A stretch of DNA of 64,000 nucleotides, from assembly GCA_963822585.1 (NCBI GenBank), contig CAWGIE010000026.1, positions 388,994 to 452,993 of the forward strand, given 5' to 3'. A program made the translations under genes and the position numbers. This DNA is from an uncultured bacterium (GTDB lineage Bacteria; Auribacterota; Erginobacteria; Erginobacterales; Erginobacteraceae). Below the pieces are notes generated by a model, which worked only from the letters and a program-made list of their open reading frames with translations, had not been told where the DNA came from and did not search any database. Shown here piece by piece: positions 9,066-18,761 of this stretch; position 1 is the first letter of the stretch; every line of letters starts with the position of its first letter.

Positions 9066-10415
9066 TTATTTTTGCGCAGCAGAAATAATAGTGCCGTAAA
9101 GATCGTAATCGGAGCTGTCGGTAATCCTGACCGACACCATATCACCCGCTTTCATCCCCTCCCCCGCTACCACGACCATGCCGTCGATTTCGGGTGCCTG
9201 AAAGACCCCGCGGCCAACCATCAACCCGGCCTCTTCCCCGGGAAAAGGGCCGTCGATCAGAACGGTGATTTCCCTCCCCCGGAATGACCGCAGATTTTCC
9301 GCGGAGATTTCACTCTGTATTTCCAGCACGACCTCCCGGCGACGGTGGGAAATTCTTTTTCCAGCGCCTTTCCCGTACCGGTAGGCTGGAGTTCCTCTCT
9401 CCGGGGAATAGGTAAAAACACCCAGATGAGAAAACCGATACGTGCGGACGAACTCGACCAATTCCCGAAACTCATCTTCACCCTCGCCCGGGAAACCGAC
9501 CATCAAGGTCGTTCTCAGGCTGATCCCCTCCACTGTCTCGCGGGCACGTTGCAAAACGGCTTCAATCCGGGCGCGGCTTATCCGGCGGCCCATTTTTCCC
9601 AGGATGGAGTCGTTGATATGCTGCAGCGGGACATCCAGATACGGGCATACCTTACCGCAGGAATCAATTGTTTGCAAGAGGTGGTTGTCAAGATGCCGGG
9701 GGTGAGCATAAAGCACCCGTATCCAGGACAATCCATCGATCTCGTTCAGTTTCTCCAGCAGGCGGCTCAATCCGGACTGTTTTTTCCGTCCATAGTCAAA
9801 ATAGGCCGTATCCTGAGCGATCAGAATGATCTCCTTTACCCCCCGTTCAACCAGCCGCCGGGCTTCCGAGATGATCGAGGACAGGGATCGCCCCTGGTAA
9901 GGGCCTCGAATGTCCGGGATCAGACAATAGGAACATCGGTTATCGCACCCGTCGGCGATCCGGAGATACGCCGTATGGCGCGGAGTCGAGAGCCGGCGGG
10001 GCAAAGAATGATGAAATGGAAACCGGGGGACCTCCCTCAGATACAGTCTCGATCCTTTATTTCCCCCTTCTTCCAATGCCTTCGGGAGAACAGTGAATTC
10101 CCCCACTCCGAGCAGGAGATCGGCGGAAGGGAATAAATCCTTCGCCCGGCGGCCGTGATACTGGACCAGACAGCCGGCGATAACCAGTTTCCCGCCGCTC
10201 CGTCGTTTCCAGTCAGCAGCTTTCTCAATTATCTCGCGGGCTTCATCACGGGCGGACTGCATGAAAGCGCAGGTATTGACGATACCGATATCGGCTTCCT
10301 CCAGGCGTGGGGTCGTCTGATAGCGGCCGGCGGGAAGGAGACCGAGGATAGTCTCCGAGTCAACCAGGTTTTTAGGGCAACCCAGGCTGATCAGGCACAC
10401 GCGGTTCGTTTTCAT
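9066..10415 (-). CDS. rimO: Ribosomal protein S12 methylthiotransferase RimO
   Basis: SLGCPKNLVDSE, radical SAM CDNRCSYC, APEIDG TRAM domain; start at ATG 10415. Confidence 0.93.
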   Translation of the reverse strand: MKTNRVCLISLGCPKNLVDSETILGLLPAGRYQTTPRLEEADIGIVNTCAFMQSARDEAREIIEKAADWKRRSGGKLVIAGCLVQYHGRRAKDLFPSADLLLGVGEFTVLPKALEEGGNKGSRLYLREVPRFPFHHSLPRRLSTPRHTAYLRIADGCDNRCSYCLIPDIRGPYQGRSLSSIISEARRLVERGVKEIILIAQDTAYFDYGRKKQSGLSRLLEKLNEIDGLSWIRVLYAHPRHLDNHLLQTIDSCGKVCPYLDVPLQHINDSILGKMGRRISRARIEAVLQRARETVEGISLRTTLMVGFPGEGEDEFRELVEFVRTYRFSHLGVFTYSPERGTPAYRYGKGAGKRISHRRREVVLEIQSEISAENLRSFRGREITVLIDGPFPGEEAGLMVGRGVFQAPEIDGMVVVAGEGMKAGDMVSVRITDSSDYDLYGTIISAAQK

Positions 10416-10456
10416 CGGGGAAGATGAATATGAAAGTCCGGGGATTGAACGGATCA

Positions 10457-10954
10457 CTATTTCCGGGGTTGTTGATCCAGAACTTCCCGGATGGGAATCC
10501 GTTCGATCGACTCGGGAGTAAAGGGATTGTCGACCCGGGAAAAATGGACCGATATATCGGGAGAGGGACCGGTCCCCCGGAATAACCGGAGCGCTCCCCA
10601 AACCAGCAGGGCGACAAGAAGGACCGTTCCCGCCGTCCCGGCCACGCTCTTCCATTTCAAGCCGGAGGCAAAAGCGGGAAAAGTCGGCTTCGGGTCGGCG
10701 AAAACCATCTGGGCATCAGGGGATTCATACATCTCATCGTAGAGACGGGTCAGCACTACATAATCGAGAGAGAGGTAACGCGCGTAAATCTTCAGGAAAC
10801 CCTTGACATAGGCTCGGGGAGGGAGCTGGAGATAGTCTCCTGTTTCCAGGGCGCGGAGATATTCGATTTTTATTTTGGTGGCGATGGCGGCGTCCTGGAG
10901 GGAAGCGCCTTTTTGCTCCCTGGCTTCCTGCAATTTTTCACTCAGATAATCCAT
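10457..10954 (-). CDS. RodZ-like helix-turn-helix membrane protein (short)
   Basis: LQEAREQKG...YLRALETG...YVKGFLKIYARYL plus one TM helix; ftsK-rodZ-rimO-pgsA order. Confidence 0.8.
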   Translation of the reverse strand: MDYLSEKLQEAREQKGASLQDAAIATKIKIEYLRALETGDYLQLPPRAYVKGFLKIYARYLSLDYVVLTRLYDEMYESPDAQMVFADPKPTFPAFASGLKWKSVAGTAGTVLLVALLVWGALRLFRGTGPSPDISVHFSRVDNPFTPESIERIPIREVLDQQPRK

Positions 10955-11018
10955 GACAAGTGCCTAAAGTTCGAAGTGCCTAAAGTTAAAAGTTTCTGAA
11001 GCCAGTGCTTGATCAACC

Positions 11019-11113
11019 GTAAGCGAAGCAATACTCCCTGTTCCAACGAAGAATGCCGAGGGCATTCCGATACTACAAGCCCTGAAGCGAAAACGCAAGA
11101 ACGATACCACATC
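11019..11113 (+). repeat. Degenerate internal fragment of the 30593/33961 element subfamily
   Basis: AAGCGAAGC...CGAAGAATGCCGAGGGCATTCCGATACTACAAGCCCTG...ACGATACCACA aligns with 30700-30792 and 34099-34216. Confidence 0.55.
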
Positions 11114-11222
11114 TGCAAAACCGGCTCACATTAAACCAGCATGACGAAATCAGAAATTCGAATACAACATCCATGAGCTTGCCCTGAGCAAAGTCGAAGG
11201 GCCATTCTGATTTCGAGTTTCG

Positions 11223-13646
11223 TCATTCCAGGTCCTCCCCCTCATCCTCCTCCACCGTTCCATCACCGGCATAGGTTTCGATAAGAATTTCCCGGGCTTT
11301 GGTTCCCTGGTACGGCCCCACAATTCCCCGTTCTTCCAGTTCATCCATGATCCGGGCGGCACGGGAATATCCGATCTTTAACTTCCTCTGGAGCATGCTG
11401 ACCGAAGCCTGAGCGGTCTGCCGGATAACGTCGATCGCCGGCTCCAGGAATATATCCTCCGATTCCGCCCCCTCCCCCATCGCGCCCGGGGCGACGGCCT
11501 TCTTCTGGAACATGTCTTTTTCGAATACCGGTTCTCTTTGCCTGGTCACAAACGCCACCACCCTGTTGATCTCGTGATCGCGGCAGATCGTTCCCTGAGC
11601 CCGAATCAGCTGGTCAGTGGCGGGCGGGAGGAAAAGGAGATCGCCGTTCCCGAGCAGCTTATCGGCGCCGCCGGCGTCCAGAACCGTCCGGGAATCAACC
11701 TTTGCCGCCACCTTGAAAGATATCCGGCCCGGGAGGTTGGCCTTGATCACACCGGTGATGACATCGACCGAGGGACGCTGAGTCGCCAGAATCATGTGAA
11801 TCCCCACGGCCCGGGAAAGGTGGGCGAGGCGGGCGATGGCCGTCTCGATCTCCTTGGCCGCGACCAGCATCAGGTCGGCAAGCTCATCGATCAGGAGCAC
11901 GATATAGGGCATTGAGGCGGGCAGCTCATCCTCGTCCTCTCCCCCGGGAGATCCCCTCCTCAGTTCGTTATAAGATTGGATATTCCTGACCCCGGCCCGG
12001 GCGCAGTATTCATACCGGTCTTCCATCTCCCTGATCACCCAGGCAAGAGCCATGGACGTCCGGGCCGCGTCGGTAATAACCGGGCAGGCCAGGTGGGGGA
12101 GATGGTGGAAAGCCGCCATCTCGACCTTCTTGGGGTCAACCATGATCAGTTTCAGCTCGTCGGGTGTGCGGGCATAAAGGAGGCTGATAATGATTGAGTT
12201 TATGCACACCGTTTTTCCCGAACCGGTGGCACCCGCGATCAAAAGGTGAGGCATCGCGGTGAGATCGGCCACGACCGGCTGACCGGAGATGTTTTTCCCG
12301 AGAGCCAGGGGAAGGATACAGCGGCTTTTCCGGAATTCCGCCGATTCGATCATTTCCCGCATGCAGACCAGATTGGTATTGATGTTGGGGACCTCTATTC
12401 CGATGGCTGCCTTGCCCGGGATCGGCGCCAGGATCCGGACCGACTTTGCCTTCATGGTGAGAGCGATGTCGTTATCCAGCGCCTTGACCTTCCCCACCTT
12501 CACACCGGGAGCGATCTGGAGTTCATACCGGGTGATCGCCGGACCGCGTTCGATCCCGACCACGCGTGATTCAATCCCGAAATCCTGCAGCGTGCTCTCC
12601 AGTATCTCCGATTCATCAAAGGTTTTATTTTTGATCTCCCGTTCCGAGAGAGGAGGCGGGACGTCCAGAAGGTCCAGCGGCGGGAGCTGATACGGGTTCT
12701 TCCCGGGACCGGGTGGAGCCGGCTTCGGCAGGGGGCGTCCAGCCGGCGCGACGGCGGGAACCGGAGATACGACGGGCTCCCGGGGCCGGGAAACCGGCGA
12801 CGGCTCCCGACTTTTTTTCTTCGCCGGCATACGCTGTTCCGCCTCTTTCTTCCGGCGGAGGGCTTCCTTTTCCTCCCGTTCCTCTTCCCGGGCCCGGCGT
12901 CGCTCTTCTCGGATTCTCTCCTTCTCGGCGCGGCGCAATTCCTCCTTCCTCTCCTTGAGCAGGGCGGCTTTTTCCCTCTCTTTCTCCAGGGCGGCGCGAC
13001 GAAGAGCGGCGGCGGATTCTCTCCGGTCGAGCGCGGCCGGGGCGGGCAGACTCCCCGCGGCGACAGGTTTCGGCCGGATGGATCGGGATCTTCCGATTAC
13101 CCGGAACAGACTCCGGAACTGCCGGGCCAGAAAGAGCACGGGCTTCATCTCGGTAAGCAAAGCGAATGAAACCATCAAAATCGTCACCAGGACCAGGCGG
13201 CTGCCGAAGGGGCCCAGGGGTCTCAGGATCCCGGCCGCCTCCCGTCCCCACCACCCCCCCAGGGATACCCCTTCCAGTTGTTCGCCCAAAAGCCGGGAAG
13301 ATAGCAGGTTCTGGAGACTGAGGAGCGGAGAGAGACTGAGCACAATCAGGAGGCCGTATAAACACTTGAGGAAGGCCGGGCGGGGAGACGTTTGCCGGGG
13401 GATCAGGCGAACAATCCCTTCCGCGATGACAAGAAGGGGGAGAACCAATGCCGCCGCGCCCAGCACCAGATACAGCTTCTGGGCCAGCTCGGCACCCACC
13501 CGACCACTGTAATTGACCACGACGGCCCCCCCACCGGCGCTATCGGCATCACCTGCATGATAGGAAAGCAGGCTGACGGCGGTAAAAATGCCGACCGCGA
13601 TCAGAACCAGTCCCAGCGCCGGGGAGAAGTGCTTCTCCGCTGTCAT
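11223..13646 (-). CDS. ftsK: DNA translocase FtsK
   Basis: N-terminal TM segments, MPHLLIAGATGSGKT, ILATQRPSVDVITG, gamma domain LQRKLKIGYSRAAR. Confidence 0.96.
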   Translation of the reverse strand: MTAEKHFSPALGLVLIAVGIFTAVSLLSYHAGDADSAGGGAVVVNYSGRVGAELAQKLYLVLGAAALVLPLLVIAEGIVRLIPRQTSPRPAFLKCLYGLLIVLSLSPLLSLQNLLSSRLLGEQLEGVSLGGWWGREAAGILRPLGPFGSRLVLVTILMVSFALLTEMKPVLFLARQFRSLFRVIGRSRSIRPKPVAAGSLPAPAALDRRESAAALRRAALEKEREKAALLKERKEELRRAEKERIREERRRAREEEREEKEALRRKKEAEQRMPAKKKSREPSPVSRPREPVVSPVPAVAPAGRPLPKPAPPGPGKNPYQLPPLDLLDVPPPLSEREIKNKTFDESEILESTLQDFGIESRVVGIERGPAITRYELQIAPGVKVGKVKALDNDIALTMKAKSVRILAPIPGKAAIGIEVPNINTNLVCMREMIESAEFRKSRCILPLALGKNISGQPVVADLTAMPHLLIAGATGSGKTVCINSIIISLLYARTPDELKLIMVDPKKVEMAAFHHLPHLACPVITDAARTSMALAWVIREMEDRYEYCARAGVRNIQSYNELRRGSPGGEDEDELPASMPYIVLLIDELADLMLVAAKEIETAIARLAHLSRAVGIHMILATQRPSVDVITGVIKANLPGRISFKVAAKVDSRTVLDAGGADKLLGNGDLLFLPPATDQLIRAQGTICRDHEINRVVAFVTRQREPVFEKDMFQKKAVAPGAMGEGAESEDIFLEPAIDVIRQTAQASVSMLQRKLKIGYSRAARIMDELEERGIVGPYQGTKAREILIETYAGDGTVEEDEGEDLE

Positions 13647-13774
13647 GATCTTTTGCTACATCTACGCCGTTACAATCACCACGGATAAAAAAACCACGAA
13701 TCCCCGCGCCCGCCCGGCCGACCACAGACATTACGGCCGGGCGAAAAGCACGGGGGAGGGAGACCGGCAGTCTT

Positions 13775-15871
13775 TCAGCTCTGCTCGTCTTCTTTTGGCG
13801 GTTGTGCCTGCTTGTGGCTGAGCTTGATCCTGCCCAGATTATCGATGGCGATCACTTTCACCATGACAACATCACCCTCTTTCATGACGTCCTCAACCTG
13901 CTTGACCCGGTTATCGGCCATCTCGGAGATGTGGCAGAGCCCGTCCTTGCCGGGAAGAAGTTCCACGAAGGCGCCGAATTGTTTGACCGTCTTTACCGTC
14001 CCCTGGTAGGTCTTGCCGATCTCGACTTCCGCGGTCATCAGCTCAATGGTGTCTCTAGCCTTGCGGGCGGCGTCGATATCGGATGATGAGATGGACACAA
14101 ATCCGTCGTCCTCGATATCTATCTTCACGCCTGTCTTTTCCATTGCTTTGATATTCTTTCCCTTGGGACCGATCACCAACCCGATCTTATCGGGATCTAT
14201 CTGGATGGATAGAATCTTGGGGGCGTAGGGAGAGATCTCAGTGTTAGCCTCGGACTGCACTTCGTTCATCTTCCCCAGGATATGGAGACGGGCGACGCGC
14301 GCCTGCTCCAGGGCCGCTTTCATGATCTCTTCGGATATGCCGGCTATCTTAATGTCCATCTGGAGTCCGGTTACACCATCTTCCGTTCCGGCCAGTTTGA
14401 AATCCATATCCCCGAGCGCATCCTCGGATCCGAGTATGTCGGTCAGGATAACGGTGCTCTCGCCTTCCTTGAGCAATCCCATCGCGATTCCGGCGACCGG
14501 TTTCTTGATCGCGATCCCGGCATCCATCAGGGAAAGACTCCCTCCGCAGATGGAGGCCATTGAAGAAGAGCCGTTGGAGGCCAGCACATCGGCGACGATC
14601 CGGATAGTATACGGACACTCCTCCTCGGACGGCAGTACCTGGAGGAGCGACCGTTCGGCCAGCGCGCCGTGTCCGATCTCCCTCCGCTTGGGACCGCGGT
14701 CCATCCTGGCTTCACCGGTCGAAAAGGACGGGAAATTATAATGGAGCATAAACCGCTTCTTCTCTTCTTCCCCCAGCCCGTCAATCCGCTGGCGGTCGGA
14801 GGCCGTTCCCAGGGTGGTCATGGCCAGAACCTGGGTTTCCCCCCGGCTGAAGAGAGCTGAACCGTGGGTGCGGGGCAGTACCCCCACCCGGCAGCTGATC
14901 TTACGAACCTCGTCCACCGCCCGGTCATCGGAGCGTTTGCCTTCTTCAATGATCATCTTCCGGCTGTACTTCTTAACCGCTTTCTTGAACGCGGCGCTGA
15001 ACGCCCAGCCGGCCAATTCAGGGTCATCAATTAATAACTCCTGAAAAATCGTCTCCTTGATGGCTGAAATCGCCTGGTTCCGCGCTTTCTTCTCCCGGAT
15101 ATTCAATGCCGGGATCAGTTCAGAAGCCGCCCGTCCCTCAACCCGGCTGATCAATTCATCCGAAGGAATCTGAAGATCAAACTCGCGAAGTTGGGGGGAT
15201 ACCTCGGCCCGCAGCTCATTCTGAAGATCGATGATCGGGCCCAGTGCGTTCTGACCGGCCAGGATCGCCCGGAGAATAATATCTTCACTCAGGATACCGG
15301 CCCAGCCCTCAACCATGTTAATCGATGTTTTTGTTCCCACCAGGACCAGGTCCATTCTGCTCTCTTCCAGCTGGGCAACGGTCGGGTTGATGATAAACTC
15401 ATCTCCGATCATACCGATCCGTACTCCGCCGATCGGTTCGGAAAACGGAATTCCCGAAACCATCAGGGCAGCGGACGCCCCGTTGATGCAGAGGATGTCA
15501 GGGTCATTCTGGCCATCCGCCGACAGAACCCAGGCCACGATCTGAATGTCATTTCTCATCCCATCCTGGAAAAGGGGACGCAGCGGGCGGTCGATCAAGC
15601 GACAGGTTAATATCTCCTTCTCCGTCGGGCGCCCTTCCCTCTTAAAAAACCCTCCCGGGATCTTTCCCGCCGCTGAGGTCTTCTCCCGATAGTCAACCGT
15701 GAGAGGCAGAAAATCGGTCCCTTCGCGGCACCCTTCCGCCGCTACCACCGTCACCAGGACCACGGTCCCCTCACAGGTAACGGTAACAGCTCCGTCGGCT
15801 TGCCGGGCTAATTCCCCGGTTATAATTTCAAGGGTCTTATCACCCATCTGGCAACTTTTAATAATCTCCAT
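13775..15871 (-). CDS. pnp: Polyribonucleotide nucleotidyltransferase
   Basis: GGFFKREGRP, RREIGHG, GDMDFK, KH and S1 domains. Confidence 0.97.
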   Translation of the reverse strand: MEIIKSCQMGDKTLEIITGELARQADGAVTVTCEGTVVLVTVVAAEGCREGTDFLPLTVDYREKTSAAGKIPGGFFKREGRPTEKEILTCRLIDRPLRPLFQDGMRNDIQIVAWVLSADGQNDPDILCINGASAALMVSGIPFSEPIGGVRIGMIGDEFIINPTVAQLEESRMDLVLVGTKTSINMVEGWAGILSEDIILRAILAGQNALGPIIDLQNELRAEVSPQLREFDLQIPSDELISRVEGRAASELIPALNIREKKARNQAISAIKETIFQELLIDDPELAGWAFSAAFKKAVKKYSRKMIIEEGKRSDDRAVDEVRKISCRVGVLPRTHGSALFSRGETQVLAMTTLGTASDRQRIDGLGEEEKKRFMLHYNFPSFSTGEARMDRGPKRREIGHGALAERSLLQVLPSEEECPYTIRIVADVLASNGSSSMASICGGSLSLMDAGIAIKKPVAGIAMGLLKEGESTVILTDILGSEDALGDMDFKLAGTEDGVTGLQMDIKIAGISEEIMKAALEQARVARLHILGKMNEVQSEANTEISPYAPKILSIQIDPDKIGLVIGPKGKNIKAMEKTGVKIDIEDDGFVSISSSDIDAARKARDTIELMTAEVEIGKTYQGTVKTVKQFGAFVELLPGKDGLCHISEMADNRVKQVEDVMKEGDVVMVKVIAIDNLGRIKLSHKQAQPPKEDEQS

Positions 15872-15899
15872 AACAACCTATCTCCTTACGACAAACTGC

Positions 15900-16169
15900 C
15901 TACTTTCTAAGGTGGAGTTTTTCCACCACTTCCCGGTACTTGGCCGGATTGGTCCTTTTTAGATAATTCAGATGTTTCTGACGCTTGCTGACCATGATCT
16001 TAAGGCTGCGCTGAGAACGGAAATCCTTATGGTGTGTTTTCATGTGCTCCGTCAGGCACTGAATCTGATCCGTCAGAATGGCGACTTGCACGCCGGAAGA
16101 ACCGGTATCCCGGTCGTGATAACCGAGAGAATCAGTGATCTCCCTGTTCTTCGTTCTTTCTTCGCTCAT
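15900..16169 (-). CDS. rpsO: 30S ribosomal protein S15
   Basis: HDRDTGSSGVQVAILT, HHKDFRSQR; directly upstream of pnp. Confidence 0.93.
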   Translation of the reverse strand: MSEERTKNREITDSLGYHDRDTGSSGVQVAILTDQIQCLTEHMKTHHKDFRSQRSLKIMVSKRQKHLNYLKRTNPAKYREVVEKLHLRK

Positions 16170-16321
16170 ACGTTCAACTCCTCTTCAATTTTTCAGTTTA
16201 TTTTTATTGTCACGCTGGTTCCCGAACATCGGGAATACCGGATTCAGCCTTCGTTCTTCCACATCCGGAGGGCGAGAGCCCGGGGCATCTTCAAGCTTTA
16301 TATCCTTTTTCACTCTCTTTT

Positions 16322-17125
16322 TCAAGAGGACTTTTCCCTCCCCCCGGCTTCATGCCTGTCCGTGGCGGAGGGCATCGAGCCGAGGAGCCTCAATAAACGA
16401 TCAACCGGAATAATCCGGGCGGAAAGCTCCTCCGGTGATCCGGCCAGCAATTGATCCAGCGGAACGGCATCCTCGATCCGGAAGGGACCGACCGCGATTC
16501 TCCGCAGGGCCGCCAGGCAGGCGCCGCAGCCCAGGGTCCGCCCCAGATCGTGGCAGAGGGTCCGAATATAGGTGCCCTTCGAACAACGGATGGCGAGCCG
16601 GACCCGGGGACCCGAGTTCCCGACCAGGGTCAGCCTGCTGATCATCACCTTCCGAGAAAGCCGCGGCACCTCTTCTCCCCTCCGGGCGATCGTATAGAGA
16701 CGTTCCCCTCGATACTTGAGCGCGGAGACCATCGGGGGCGTCTGACTGATCTGCCCGCGGAAACATCCCAGAGCCCGCTCGATCGCGTCGCGATTCAAAC
16801 CGGCACTGTCGAGCTTGCGCACCACCTTTCCCGTGATGTCCTGAGAATCGGTTTCGGTCCCCAACAAAACCGTCGCGTCATATTCTTTCTCGCCCGCCAG
16901 CAGGAGATCAGCCTGTTTCGTCCCCCGGTTCACCAGCAATACCAGAAGGCCGGTTGCCAGAGGATCAAGGCTGCCTCCATGCCCCAGCTTGCCGATCCGG
17001 AAATGCTTTTTCAGCCGGTCGACCACCCGGAAAGACGTGATCCCCTCCGGCTTATCGACCATCAGGAAACCATCGGGAAAGACAATCGTCGGGGGGGAGG
17101 TTTTACTCTGTCTCTTGGAAACCAT
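16322..17125 (-). CDS. truB: tRNA pseudouridine(55) synthase
   Basis: DKPEGITS, GHGGSLDPLATGLL, CSKGTYIRTL. Confidence 0.93.
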   Translation of the reverse strand: MVSKRQSKTSPPTIVFPDGFLMVDKPEGITSFRVVDRLKKHFRIGKLGHGGSLDPLATGLLVLLVNRGTKQADLLLAGEKEYDATVLLGTETDSQDITGKVVRKLDSAGLNRDAIERALGCFRGQISQTPPMVSALKYRGERLYTIARRGEEVPRLSRKVMISRLTLVGNSGPRVRLAIRCSKGTYIRTLCHDLGRTLGCGACLAALRRIAVGPFRIEDAVPLDQLLAGSPEELSARIIPVDRLLRLLGSMPSATDRHEAGGREKSS

Positions 17126-17135
17126 TTATAAACAG

Positions 17136-17313
17136 TACGTTAGTTCGCCTGGTTCGTCGCTTGAGGTAAAACGGTTGCGGTTACGCGGCTCGAATCGGTT
17201 GCGTGGAACGGTTGCGGCATCAAGCAGCCCGCAACCTCACCCCGTTCAACGTTTCGAGCAGCGCAACCGTTCAACGATAGCCGTTTTGTTAATGCATTAA
17301 ACTCCCTAAACAG
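17136..17313 (+). mobile_element. Degenerate unit of the dispersed element upstream of truB
   Basis: AAACAG|TACG-TTAG..., long stem AAAACGGTTG...TAGCCGTTTT, end AAACTCCCTAAACAG. Confidence 0.4.
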
Positions 17314-17317
17314 CATA

Positions 17318-18319
17318 TCAGCTCCCTTCCGTCGCGACATTTATCTCTGCAAGGTATTTTTCCACGGTCTTCAGAACACGACGGATCACATCGGAGAGGG
17401 GTCCCGCGAGTTCGGCGCCGGCCGCCGCCGGATGTCCTCCCCCCCCGAAGCGGGCGGCGATCCAATTGACATCGATGACAGCCGGCTCCTTGGAACGGAA
17501 AGAGACTTTGACCCCGCCGGTCAATTCTATAAAGAGAATCGCGATCCGGGTTGATATGATGTCCCGGGGGTAGGCTATCAGGGACTCGGTGATATCAAAG
17601 TCGGCGCCGTTTCTTTCCAGCATCTCCCGATTGACCGTCAGGTAAGCAATCTGATTGCCGGCGGCAAAGGCCAGGGAAGAGAGCGCCTCACCCAGCAGCT
17701 TGAGAGGCGCGATTGAATACACATTATACACCTTCTTGTATATTTCATAAGGTACCAGCCCCTTTTCGACCAGGCGGGCGGCCAGGGTGAAGATAGTCAC
17801 ACCCGATTGCGGGGTGACCATGTACTGGAACTTGCCCATGTCGGTCAGGATCGCAACGTAGATACAGAGTGCGATCGAATGATCAAGCTCGATCCCGAGG
17901 GCAGGGAGCAGGTGATAGATCATCTCACCGACCGATGAACCGGTCGGTTCCACCCAGGCAATATCCCCGTATCCGCTGTTGGAGACATGATGATCGATAT
18001 TGATCAGTTTTCCCGCTGCGGCAAGATGTTCCTCAACCCGGCCGGCGCGATGGGGACCGGGGGCGTCCAGCACAACGGCAACCCGGGGCTGAAAAGGAAG
18101 ATCCCGGAAAGGACGGATCAAATCCGCGCCCGGGAGGAAAACAAAATTTCGCGGTATCGGAGATTCATTCTCAACAATCACCTCTTTCCCAAGCCGCGCC
18201 AGAATCGCGGCCAGGGCAAGCTGCGACCCGATGGCGTCGCCATCGGGTCGAAGATGGGTCGTGATCAGGAACCGGTCTTCTTCAATCAATAGTTTGATCA
18301 GGCGAGGGGGAACCTTCAT
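17318..18319 (-). CDS. nrnA: DHH-family bifunctional oligoribonuclease / pAp phosphatase
   Basis: HLRPDGDAIGS, NIDHH, KVSFRS, GGGGHPAAAG; start probably ATG 18319. Confidence 0.85.
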   Translation of the reverse strand: MKVPPRLIKLLIEEDRFLITTHLRPDGDAIGSQLALAAILARLGKEVIVENESPIPRNFVFLPGADLIRPFRDLPFQPRVAVVLDAPGPHRAGRVEEHLAAAGKLINIDHHVSNSGYGDIAWVEPTGSSVGEMIYHLLPALGIELDHSIALCIYVAILTDMGKFQYMVTPQSGVTIFTLAARLVEKGLVPYEIYKKVYNVYSIAPLKLLGEALSSLAFAAGNQIAYLTVNREMLERNGADFDITESLIAYPRDIISTRIAILFIELTGGVKVSFRSKEPAVIDVNWIAARFGGGGHPAAAGAELAGPLSDVIRRVLKTVEKYLAEINVATEGS

Positions 18320-18698
18320 CCCTTTCCTCTTCTCCTTCATGCAGTCTGTCAAAAAGCCGGTTGATCCGGTCACTGTATTGTAACGAATCATCAAAAGAAA
18401 ACGAGATCACCGGCGTGTACCGGGTGCTCATCCTGCGGCCCAGCTCCCGCTGAAAATATCCCCGGGCGCTCCGCAGCCCTTCCAGGGCCCGCCGGACCTC
18501 CTCCTCTTCCCCCAGGACACTGATACAGACCCGGGCTTGTTTCAGGTCGGCGGTCGTCTCGACGCGGGTCACACTGACGAAACCGATCCGTGGATCCTTG
18601 GCCCCCGTACTCAGGATTTCCCCCAGGATTCTTTTGATCTGTTCCTCAACCCGGAGCCGCCGGCGGCTCTTGCCCGTTTCCTGACGCGGTATATTCAT
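18282..18698 (-). CDS. rbfA: Ribosome-binding factor A
   Basis: KDPRIGFVSVTRV, ADLKQARV, RYTPVISF. Confidence 0.92.
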   Translation of the reverse strand: MNIPRQETGKSRRRLRVEEQIKRILGEILSTGAKDPRIGFVSVTRVETTADLKQARVCISVLGEEEEVRRALEGLRSARGYFQRELGRRMSTRYTPVISFSFDDSLQYSDRINRLFDRLHEGEEERDEGSPSPDQTID

Positions 18699-18761
18699 AA
18701 ACAAAAAAGATTATTCATCAGATCGTTGATCTCAATGAATAATCAGAAGCAGTAAAAACAC

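Noticed and set aside
10416..10655. 80-aa N-terminal extension of RimO in the ORF track
   Set aside because: It overlaps the RodZ-like gene in another frame; RimO similarity starts at MKTNRVCLISLGC (10415).
16170..16321. S15 autoregulatory leader RNA
   Set aside because: Hairpins are present upstream of rpsO, but I cannot match them to a known leader family without a covariance-model search.
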